A stretch of DNA of 41,901 bases. It comes from a virus. Position 1 is the stretch's first letter; each line of letters opens with the position of its first letter. The stretch lies in the UHGV virus genome UHGV-0849750, one strand, 5' to 3'. A program made the position numbers and the translations under genes. This document shows positions 8,160 through 15,749 of this stretch, one piece after another. The notes under the pieces were generated by a model, which was given only the letters and a program-made list of their open reading frames with translations, had not been told where the DNA came from and made no database searches.

Positions 8160-8867
8160 ATGAACGACAACAACGCACCGATAGACGAAGCCTCTTTTGC
8201 CGATGGCGCACAGTGGGGCAGTATGTACAAGTCCGTCTCTGAGTGTGCAGACGGAGACGACATCACGGACAAGCCTAGCAAACGAGACAAGGACAAGGAC
8301 GAAGACGAGATCAAGTCGGAGCCAAAAGGACTAGCCATCACCACCCGCTACCTCTACAGACGAGCGTACGGAGAGAGCAAGCTCTTCGACATCTTAGGCA
8401 CCGAGCCACTGCAGTACGGCACCGCCACGCACGTACTGACGGGAGGAGACATTGATGCGCTCTCATTCCTCCAGTACATACTCAAGCATCAGTCGCTAGA
8501 GTGGTGCATCATGTCCACGTGGTGCCTAGCCACGCAAGACATACTGCAGATACGGCAGTGGGTCGAGCAGGACAAAATCAAGAAGCTAGACACCTACGTA
8601 GGTGAGAAAGTCGCCAACGCAGACCGAGTGCAGTGGATGCAACTAAACAATCTATACAGCGACCACCCGCACATCGGCAGGCTGGTAGCTTTCAAAAACC
8701 ACTCCAAGGTCTTCGTCGGTGAGGGCGACAAATTTCCCTTTGTCGTCACCTCCTCCGCCAACGTCAACACCAACCCACGACTAGAGCAGACGGTCATCAC
8801 GATAGACCGAGAGCTAGCACAATTCTACAGAGACTACTACAACCAAGTTAAGCGCAACGTACGATGA
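8160..8867 (+). CDS. Hypothetical protein (235 aa) with weak HKD-like motif (HSKVFVGEGDKFPFVVTSSAN)
   Basis: ORF with ACACTATG start. The motif resembles PLD-family HxK(x)nD...SxN but with non-canonical spacing. Confidence 0.4.
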   Translation: MNDNNAPIDEASFADGAQWGSMYKSVSECADGDDITDKPSKRDKDKDEDEIKSEPKGLAITTRYLYRRAYGESKLFDILGTEPLQYGTATHVLTGGDIDALSFLQYILKHQSLEWCIMSTWCLATQDILQIRQWVEQDKIKKLDTYVGEKVANADRVQWMQLNNLYSDHPHIGRLVAFKNHSKVFVGEGDKFPFVVTSSANVNTNPRLEQTVITIDRELAQFYRDYYNQVKRNVR

Positions 8868-10240
8868 CACAACAACCACAATACAAGGACATCAACCTCG
8901 CACAGCTCGAGGAGAACAGAGGGCAGATAGACGGGCTACCTGCCAACCCCCGCAACATACAGCCCGACAAGCTAGCCAAGCTCAAGCGGAGCATTCTCGA
9001 CAACCCCGAGATGCTCCAGCTACGAGGCATCCTTGTCTATCCGCACGGGGACAAGTACATCGTCATCGGTGGCAACATGCGCCTCCGAGCCATGGTCGAG
9101 CTGGGTATGACCTCCGCCCCCTGCATCGTTATCCCGAGCCACGTCACAGCCGACAAGCTCCGAGCCTACACGATCCTCGACAACAGCGCTATGGGTGAGT
9201 GGGACTGGCAAGCCCTCCAGCTCGAGTGGGACACCGCACAGCTTGACGACTGGGGCATTGACCTGCCCGACTTCACGGACGAGCAGGACGAGGACGCTAT
9301 CGCCAGCGAGGACGACTACGAGATGCCCGAGGAAATCGAGGAGGTCGAGACCGACATCCAGCAGGGCGACCTCATCATCTTAGAGGGGCGAGGGCTGACG
9401 CACCGCCTTATGTGTGGCGACAGCACGAGGAGCGACCACTTCGCCACGCTTATGGGAGGAGCCACTGCCGACCTCATCGTCACCGACCCACCATATAACG
9501 TGGACTATGGAGATGCGAGGGAAAGGGTCGCCAAGCTCCAAGGCGGTGAGAAGTCAAAGCACAAAGCAATCGCCAACGACAAAATGAGCGACAGCGACTT
9601 CATTGGCTTCCTCGCAAAAGTATTCAGCAACATGGAAGGCGCACTCAAAGCAGGCGGGGCTTTCTACGTATGGCTATCAGACAGCAAGCTCAACAGCAAT
9701 ATACAAGCTCTAGAACATGCGGGGCTGGGCTACCAGCAGATACTATTTTGGGTGAAGAACAACCACGTGCTGGGCTTTATGGACTACCACCAAAAGCACG
9801 AGCCGTGCCTCTACGGCTGGAAAGCGGGAGCGACGCACTATTTCATTGGCGAGCGAGACCACTCCACAGTCCTCGAGCGTGCCAAGAGCTTACTCAGTGG
9901 CAAGGCGACACAGACCGAGCTACGAGCCTGCATCAAGGAGCTGACCACAGCACTCAGTGAGGGGACAGACGTACTGCGCTACGACAAGCCACTAGCCAGC
10001 AAGCTCCACCCGACGATGAAGCCGATACCGCTCTTCGGTGAGCTAATCCGCAATTCGTCAAGACGGGGGGAGAGCGTACTCGACCCCTTTGCGGGGAGCG
10101 GGACAACCATCGTAGCGTGCCACGATATGGGGCGCAACGCTTACGCTATGGAGTACAGCCCGAGCTACTGCCAAGTGATCATCAACCGCCTCACGGAGCT
10201 TGACCCAGACCTCAAAATGATAAACGAAAGACAACGCTAG
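8864..10240 (+). CDS. ParB-like nuclease domain fused to a beta-class DNA amino-methyltransferase (458 aa)
   Basis: N-terminal ParB/Srx-like LRGILVYPHGDKYIVIGGNMRLRAMVELG. Methyltransferase motif IV IVTDPPYN followed, after ~190 aa, by motif I LDPFAGSGTT (beta-class order). Confidence 0.7.
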   Translation: MTQQPQYKDINLAQLEENRGQIDGLPANPRNIQPDKLAKLKRSILDNPEMLQLRGILVYPHGDKYIVIGGNMRLRAMVELGMTSAPCIVIPSHVTADKLRAYTILDNSAMGEWDWQALQLEWDTAQLDDWGIDLPDFTDEQDEDAIASEDDYEMPEEIEEVETDIQQGDLIILEGRGLTHRLMCGDSTRSDHFATLMGGATADLIVTDPPYNVDYGDARERVAKLQGGEKSKHKAIANDKMSDSDFIGFLAKVFSNMEGALKAGGAFYVWLSDSKLNSNIQALEHAGLGYQQILFWVKNNHVLGFMDYHQKHEPCLYGWKAGATHYFIGERDHSTVLERAKSLLSGKATQTELRACIKELTTALSEGTDVLRYDKPLASKLHPTMKPIPLFGELIRNSSRRGESVLDPFAGSGTTIVACHDMGRNAYAMEYSPSYCQVIINRLTELDPDLKMINERQR

Positions 10241-10338
10241 ATAAACGAAATCAAGAAGTTATCAACATTTGTGCGATTTCCTTGGAGCGGACTCCACACG
10301 CACTTATCTTTGCACCAAAACGATAAAACAATACAGCA

Positions 10339-10914
10339 ATGACACAGACAACACAGACCACACAGCAGGCAGGCGAGGCGACTCAAGAGACGACCAGCCA
10401 GCCCGCAGAGACCACACAGCAGGCGACGGCACCACAGCCCGAGCAGACGGCACAGCAGACCACACCACCGCAAGCCCCGAAGTCGGCATTCATCAGCGAC
10501 GGCAAGCTACCACAGAGCAAGCCACAGCCAACGGCTAACAGCCAACAGCCAAAGGCTAACGAACAGCCAACAGCCAACAGCCAAGAGCTAATAGCAAAAG
10601 TAACCGCCCTGCAGGCACGGCTAGACGCTATTGAGAGCCAGCGCACCACAGAGACACGCACAGCCGAGGTCGAGCGCATCATAGCTCCCCTCAGCGACAC
10701 ACTCAAGGCGGTCTACAGACGCACCCCCTTTGCCTCGCTCACGGACGAGGAGTACACACAGCTCACAGAGACGATCAAAGAGGAGGTCACCGAGTTAGCT
10801 ACAGCGGACAAGGTACGGGGCGCAGTCTTCAGCCGACCCACCGCCATCAAGCCGACCGACGGCAAGGCAAGCGACAAAGAGACCGCAGAAGTTATCAGAC
10901 GACTCAATCTATAA
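10339..10914 (+). CDS. Putative scaffolding protein (T/Q-rich N-terminus with PTANSQQ repeats, helical C-terminus), 191 aa
   Basis: Low-complexity, acidic, helical protein immediately upstream of the capsid genes. Confidence 0.4.
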   Translation: MTQTTQTTQQAGEATQETTSQPAETTQQATAPQPEQTAQQTTPPQAPKSAFISDGKLPQSKPQPTANSQQPKANEQPTANSQELIAKVTALQARLDAIESQRTTETRTAEVERIIAPLSDTLKAVYRRTPFASLTDEEYTQLTETIKEEVTELATADKVRGAVFSRPTAIKPTDGKASDKETAEVIRRLNL

Positions 10915-10949
10915 CCCACAATCCAATAACCAACTAACACCAAATCACT

Positions 10950-11342
10950 ATGGCAGAATCAAATCTGAATCAGACCACCAAGGTCTACGGAAGCGGTAAA
11001 GACGGCATCTGCATCATCAGATGCACCCACGACATTCCAGGCGGACGCACCCTAGATGCGTCTCGTATCCCAGCTGATTACGATGTGATCTCAGCGGGTC
11101 ACATCGTAATCTCTAAAGCAGGCGAGTACATCCTCCTCGGAGTATCGGGCGGTAAGTTCGCCACGCTCACCGAGGGCGAGAGCTACGTAGGAGTCCTCCG
11201 CACGGCTATTATGCGCCAAGACCCCCGTGGTGCTATCGTTACCGCTGGGCAGGTCAACGGAGCCTGCACGCCTTTCCCTATCGACGATGCAGTCATAAAG
11301 GGACTCCCCCACATCGAGTTCCTCTTCACCGACAAGAGATGA
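10950..11342 (+). CDS. Hypothetical head protein (possible decoration protein), 130 aa
   Basis: Position between scaffold and major capsid. Has the conserved late-gene leader. Confidence 0.3.
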   Translation: MAESNLNQTTKVYGSGKDGICIIRCTHDIPGGRTLDASRIPADYDVISAGHIVISKAGEYILLGVSGGKFATLTEGESYVGVLRTAIMRQDPRGAIVTAGQVNGACTPFPIDDAVIKGLPHIEFLFTDKR

Positions 11343-11368
11343 ACCACTAACACAAAACACCTAACACT

Positions 11369-12442
11369 ATGCAAGAATCACTATTCAAAGAACTAGTCGA
11401 CAAGTACCTCGGGTCAGTCGTAGGCAAGGTCGTAGAGAACGGAGCCAAAACCACACCCACGCTCCTACACAAGACGATGCTCACCAACGAGTACTCGCCC
11501 GACCTCAACTGGGGTGCCAGCACGCTCAACAATAGCGTAGTCGCAGCCGATGTCGTATCGCTCGACAGCTCGCTACCCCTCAAGAGCCGTGCCACGCTAC
11601 GAGTAGCCACGGGCAAGCTCCCCAAGCTCGGTCTTAAGTATCGCAAGAGCGAGAGCGAGATCAGCGACCTCAACGTTATGATGGCACGAGGCACCAACGA
11701 GGCGACCATCGCCAGCAAGCTACTAGATGACACCGTACGAGCTATCAAGGCTATCGATGTCCGCAACGAGATTATGTTCCTCCAAGGTCTATCCTCGGGA
11801 GTCGTCCTAGTCACCGACGAGGAGAACCAAGGGACGGGCATCCGTGCCAGCTTTGGCTATCGTGACGAGAACAAAGTCAAAGCCAAGAAAGCGTGGAGCG
11901 GTGCAGGCGCAACGCCACTGACCGACATCACGGCAGTCTTTGACAAAGCCAATACCGACAGCAACCCGATCGCTCACGTCTACATCGACACCAAGACCTT
12001 CAACGAGCTAAGGTCGAGCGAGGAGGGCAAGATGCTCGGAGCCAGCTACAGCGGTCACGTAGTTACGGACAAGACGCTACTAGCCGTCCCACCCCGTGCT
12101 ACCTTCCTCGAGGCTCTCAAGGACGAGTTCGGCGCTGAGTGGCACATCGTAGAGAGCAAGTACCGCATCGAGGGACTAGACGGCACGAAGAAGCCCGCCA
12201 ACGCTTGGACGGAGGGCAACATCGTCTTCACCCCCACGGACAAGGTCGGCAGACTGGTCTACGGTACGCTTGTCGAGGAGACGAACCCCGTCAATGGCGT
12301 CGTCTACCAAAAGGCAGGCGACTACACGCTCATCTCCAAGTACAGCACCAACGACCCCGTCGAGGAGTACACGGCAGGGCAGGCTTTATGCCTCCCCGTC
12401 ATCGATGGCGCTGACGGCATCTATCTACTCACGCAGAAGTAA
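11369..12442 (+). CDS. Major capsid protein (357 aa)
   Basis: Size, position after the scaffold, and the conserved late leader. No catalytic motifs. Confidence 0.55.
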   Translation: MQESLFKELVDKYLGSVVGKVVENGAKTTPTLLHKTMLTNEYSPDLNWGASTLNNSVVAADVVSLDSSLPLKSRATLRVATGKLPKLGLKYRKSESEISDLNVMMARGTNEATIASKLLDDTVRAIKAIDVRNEIMFLQGLSSGVVLVTDEENQGTGIRASFGYRDENKVKAKKAWSGAGATPLTDITAVFDKANTDSNPIAHVYIDTKTFNELRSSEEGKMLGASYSGHVVTDKTLLAVPPRATFLEALKDEFGAEWHIVESKYRIEGLDGTKKPANAWTEGNIVFTPTDKVGRLVYGTLVEETNPVNGVVYQKAGDYTLISKYSTNDPVEEYTAGQALCLPVIDGADGIYLLTQK

Positions 12443-12452
12443 GCACTGAGAG

Positions 12453-12776
12453 ATGACGCTGAGCGACTACCTACGTGGCTTGACCAACTACCCCCTATCT
12501 GAGGAAGCTCTCCAGAGCATCCTCAGTAAGCGGGGTGCTAGCGACAGAACAGAGTACGAGGCAGGCACCCCGCAATCGCTCCTTGTCGCAGCTGACCTCT
12601 ACCACTGGCTATCCACCGCCCCCGACATCTCGCAGGGCGGGCAGAGCTACAGCCTATTGTACAGCACACGGGAGCAACTTCGCAAGCGTGCCAACGAGCT
12701 GTACCGACTAGCAGGAGAGCCCGTGGAGGAGGTCAAAGCGAAAGTACGTTACGGCTACAAGGGCGACAGGCTATGA
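12453..12776 (+). CDS. Head-tail connector/adaptor protein (107 aa)
   Basis: First of four tightly coupled ~110-140-aa genes between capsid and tail genes, with overlapping stop/starts. Confidence 0.35.
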   Translation: MTLSDYLRGLTNYPLSEEALQSILSKRGASDRTEYEAGTPQSLLVAADLYHWLSTAPDISQGGQSYSLLYSTREQLRKRANELYRLAGEPVEEVKAKVRYGYKGDRL

Positions 12777-13102
12777 TCATCACGAGTGGCAAGCTCGAGT
12801 ACAGAGCTAGAGACGGACGGGAGTACGACGACAACGGCTACCCTGTACAGCAGACCACCCAGTGGTCGCCAGCGGTGCCGTGCCAAGTCGTGCCACTGCA
12901 GTACGACCGCACCGTCCTCTCCAGCACCACCGAGACCCCCGTCATCATAGCCCGCTACGAGGTGCTAATCCACGCCCGCCACTACAAGGAGGCGGACGAG
13001 GTACGCATCACCGACACGAGGAGCGGTCAGGTCGAGGAGCTACGAGTTATCTCAGCTGAGTACCTACGAGCCGTTAGCCAGTACAAGCTACTATGCCGAT
13101 AG
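12773..13102 (+). CDS. Head-tail joining protein (109 aa)
   Basis: Gene order and size. Confidence 0.35.
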   Translation: MIITSGKLEYRARDGREYDDNGYPVQQTTQWSPAVPCQVVPLQYDRTVLSSTTETPVIIARYEVLIHARHYKEADEVRITDTRSGQVEELRVISAEYLRAVSQYKLLCR

Positions 13103-13503
13103 AGGTTGTCACACCGATCGGAGAGATCCAGCAGTACATTGAGGAGCAACTCAAGCTCAAGGTCGAGCGACTCATCAACAGCCTCAGCTACATCGGTGAG
13201 GGCGCCCTCCGCATCGCACGAGAGCAAGGGAGCTACACCGACCGCACGGGCAACCTGCGCAACTCCACAGGCTACGTGATAGCCGTCGACGGACAAGTGA
13301 CCAAGCGGGCAGGCTTCGACTCCAAGGACGAAGACGGAGCCGCCTTTGCCGAGGAGCTAGCCCGCACGACAGAGGGCAAAGCCGTCCTCGTGGTCTGCGC
13401 AGGCATGAGCTACGCCACCTACGTATCCGCTCGAGGATATGACGTACTAGACTCAGCCGAGATAGAAGCCAAAGTCTTAGCCGAAAAGTTACTCAAGCTA
13501 TGA
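13093..13503 (+). CDS. Head closure/tail completion protein (136 aa)
   Basis: Gene order and size. Confidence 0.35.
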   Translation: MPIEVVTPIGEIQQYIEEQLKLKVERLINSLSYIGEGALRIAREQGSYTDRTGNLRNSTGYVIAVDGQVTKRAGFDSKDEDGAAFAEELARTTEGKAVLVVCAGMSYATYVSARGYDVLDSAEIEAKVLAEKLLKL

Positions 13504-13913
13504 TGACCCGCAAGAGCGTAACCAGTCGAGAGGTACAGACGACCATTTACAAGCTCCTCCGTGAGAGCGAGCTATGTAAAGCGGTCAACGGCAAGCTCTA
13601 CCACGCTACGACCCGCCCCCGAGCCAGCCACAAGGAGGACATCATCGTCCGCTACACAGCAGGCAGGAGCGGGGAGGTACAAGAGGGCGTGGTGACCGTC
13701 CTCATCTACACCGAGCCGATACCAGCGAGTGACGGCACGCCACGGGAGGACATAGCCCGCACGGCACAGATAGAGCGACTAGCGACCGACTGGGTCGACG
13801 ACCTCCCCACGGGGCGGTACCTCTTCACCCCGTCCGACACAGCTCAGACGCTCTACGACCCCGAGGCGGGACAATACTTTACTAGCATCAAAATCAATTA
13901 CAAACACTATTAA
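13500..13913 (+). CDS. Tail terminator/completion protein (137 aa)
   Basis: Gene order and size. Confidence 0.35.
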   Translation: MMTRKSVTSREVQTTIYKLLRESELCKAVNGKLYHATTRPRASHKEDIIVRYTAGRSGEVQEGVVTVLIYTEPIPASDGTPREDIARTAQIERLATDWVDDLPTGRYLFTPSDTAQTLYDPEAGQYFTSIKINYKHY

Positions 13914-13932
13914 CCTAACACCACAGAACACT

Positions 13933-14379
13933 ATGGCACAGAACCTAGAACTTACATGGGGTAAATGCACCGTCGGCTACAAGATCGGCAGTGCAGCCCA
14001 GACGGAGGAGCCTAAGCAGGACTCCACCAAGCTCAACGTAGCCGAGGGCAACGTGCAGGAGGCTAAGATCGAGGGGGGCGAGACCATCGCTCTCCGCAGA
14101 GACAGCGACACCTACACGCTCGAGTGGGATACCTACATCCACCCCGCCAACGCTGACAAGTACAAGGCACGCATCGCAGAGCCTAACGTCAACATCACCG
14201 ACCTAGCGGTCACCCCCGCCAACAAGGAGGCACTGAGCATCAAGGCACCCACCGCCAGCCTGCACAGCACCTTCAGCTTCGACACGCAGGGCGGCATCTT
14301 GATGCACAACAAGGCGACCTTTGTCAAGAGTGGCAGTACCCCCCTCTTCGAACTCGCCAAGGCAACCACCAGCGCATAG
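13933..14379 (+). CDS. Major tail protein (148 aa)
   Basis: Position upstream of the G/GT chaperones and tape measure. Followed by a strong stem-loop. Confidence 0.45.
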   Translation: MAQNLELTWGKCTVGYKIGSAAQTEEPKQDSTKLNVAEGNVQEAKIEGGETIALRRDSDTYTLEWDTYIHPANADKYKARIAEPNVNITDLAVTPANKEALSIKAPTASLHSTFSFDTQGGILMHNKATFVKSGSTPLFELAKATTSA

Positions 14380-14507
14380 CCAGCTAACAGCCAATAGCCA
14401 ACAGCTAACGGCTAACCCCACAGCCCCACCCCACACGACTAGTCAATCGAAGCAAATACGGGGCTTCCAGCACTAGCCACGGGGCGGGAGCTAACACAAG
14501 AGCGAGA

Positions 14508-14577
14508 GGTTAGACGATAGGGAGCGGGGTTTTTCTTTTGCTTGTTTCTTTTCCCCCGCTCGCCTATCGCTCTAACC
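14508..14577 (+). terminator. Long imperfect hairpin (~22-bp arms GGTTAGACGATAGGGAGCGGGG / CCCCGCTCGCCTATCGCTCTAACC) with a T-rich loop; attenuator/terminator after the major tail gene
   Basis: Inverted repeat read directly. Loop is TTTTTCTTTTGCTTGTTTCTTTTC. Confidence 0.45.
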
Positions 14578-14604
14578 CATTAACCACTAACACCACACAC
14601 CACT

Positions 14605-14958
14605 ATGTTTGAAAACATCTTCATCACCATCTTCACCGCCATCGCAGGAGCCGTCGCCACCGTTTGGGGCTATTGGACGGGACGGAAGAAGACCGCCAGC
14701 GAGAACGCTATCAGACGTGCCGAAGCTCTAGACAAGACCAACGAGATCATCGACCAGCAAGCGGAGAAGCTCGAGAAGCTATACAACATCGTCCTAGCCC
14801 TCCGAGACGAGAACGCCAAGCTCATAAGCCAAAACAACACCCTCAAGCTTAGCGTGGACAACCTCAACAAGGAGGTCGAGTCCCTCCGCCAAGAGCTAGC
14901 ACAGTACAAACACCCAGCCACCAAGCGCAAAGCACCAATCACCGAAGCTTACGAATAG
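14605..14958 (+). CDS. Membrane-anchored coiled-coil protein (N-terminal TM, i-spanin-like topology), 117 aa
   Basis: N-terminal hydrophobic helix IFITIFTAIAGAVATVWGYW followed by a heptad-rich region. Inserted between major tail and chaperone genes. Confidence 0.4.
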   Translation: MFENIFITIFTAIAGAVATVWGYWTGRKKTASENAIRRAEALDKTNEIIDQQAEKLEKLYNIVLALRDENAKLISQNNTLKLSVDNLNKEVESLRQELAQYKHPATKRKAPITEAYE

Positions 14959-14988
14959 CCAAAAGCTAACAGCCAAAAGCCAACCGCC

Positions 14989-15480
14989 ATGATCGAGACA
15001 CAGACCAGCAACCTTCTGAATGACACCCCCACGACCATCGTCATCGGGGGTGCCACCTATCAGATAGCACCACCAACCTTTGCCAACCTCGCCCGCATAT
15101 CCAGCGAGATAGCACAGCTAGAGATTGGCACGATCGACCCCGATCGACTTGCCGAGGGAGTACTCCGTGAGGCACGCCACAGCTACCAGCTGGCACGCAT
15201 CATCGCCACAGCCATTGAGGAGACAGAGCGCACCACAAGGCTCCAGCGTCTATGGCGCAAGATACGGCAGCGCATCACCCGCACCACATTAGCCGACCGC
15301 ATCTACAAGAGCGCCACCCCCTCCGAAGCAACACAAGCTTTCGCAGAGATTCTTCAGACGCTACAGCTGGGGGATTTTTTCGCTTTTACCACTTTCCTCA
15401 GCGGGGCAAGAGTGACGAGGGCGACGAAAGTGGAGACCGCAACAGAAGCGACAGCCCCTGGAGCCTCATCGCTGGCTTGA
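14989..15480 (+). CDS. Tail assembly chaperone G (163 aa)
   Basis: Position immediately upstream of the tape measure. Contains slippery heptamer T_TTT_TTC at 15375-15381 in the 0 frame. Confidence 0.6.
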   Translation: MIETQTSNLLNDTPTTIVIGGATYQIAPPTFANLARISSEIAQLEIGTIDPDRLAEGVLREARHSYQLARIIATAIEETERTTRLQRLWRKIRQRITRTTLADRIYKSATPSEATQAFAEILQTLQLGDFFAFTTFLSGARVTRATKVETATEATAPGASSLA

Positions 15481-15674
15481 TGAAGACCTACCGCCTCTCG
15501 TGGCACGCTGTCGTCCACGAGATCAGCTACGCCAACCTCATACTCCTCTCCAGCGTCATACCCGACTACGATAGTCCAAAGACGGACGGAGAGACATCGG
15601 GGACGCTCCACCTCAGAGCAGACGACCCCGCAAACGCAGACCGCATCAAGCAGTTGCTAGAGATTAGAAGTTAG
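14989..15674 (+). CDS. Tail assembly chaperone GT, product of a -1 programmed ribosomal frameshift at 15375-15381 joining ORF 14989 to the ORF ending at 15674
   Basis: 0-frame codons GAT TTT TTC give the X_XXY_YYZ site T_TTT_TTC. The -1 frame is open from there to 15674 (…GGFFRFYHFPQ…). Conserved G/GT arrangement before the tape measure. Confidence 0.55.
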
Positions 15675-15749
15675 AGGTTAGAGACTAGCCCCCCGACCCA
15701 TTCCGATTCATTCCGACCACTCCGATTCACTCCGATACAATCACACACC

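Noticed and set aside
8160-8867. Confident PLD/HKD nuclease call
   Set aside because: The HxK…D…SxN spacing is non-canonical (6 and 7 residues instead of 4 and 6). Kept only as a weak, explicitly uncertain annotation.
14376-14987. Genome-wide TAG-to-Gln stop-codon reassignment (genetic code 15)
   Set aside because: All long genes (tape measure, portal, TerL, fibres) are open under the standard code with no internal TAG. Only the two repeat-element copies show in-register TAGs, so at most local read-through. This is kept as a low-confidence finding, not a recoding call.
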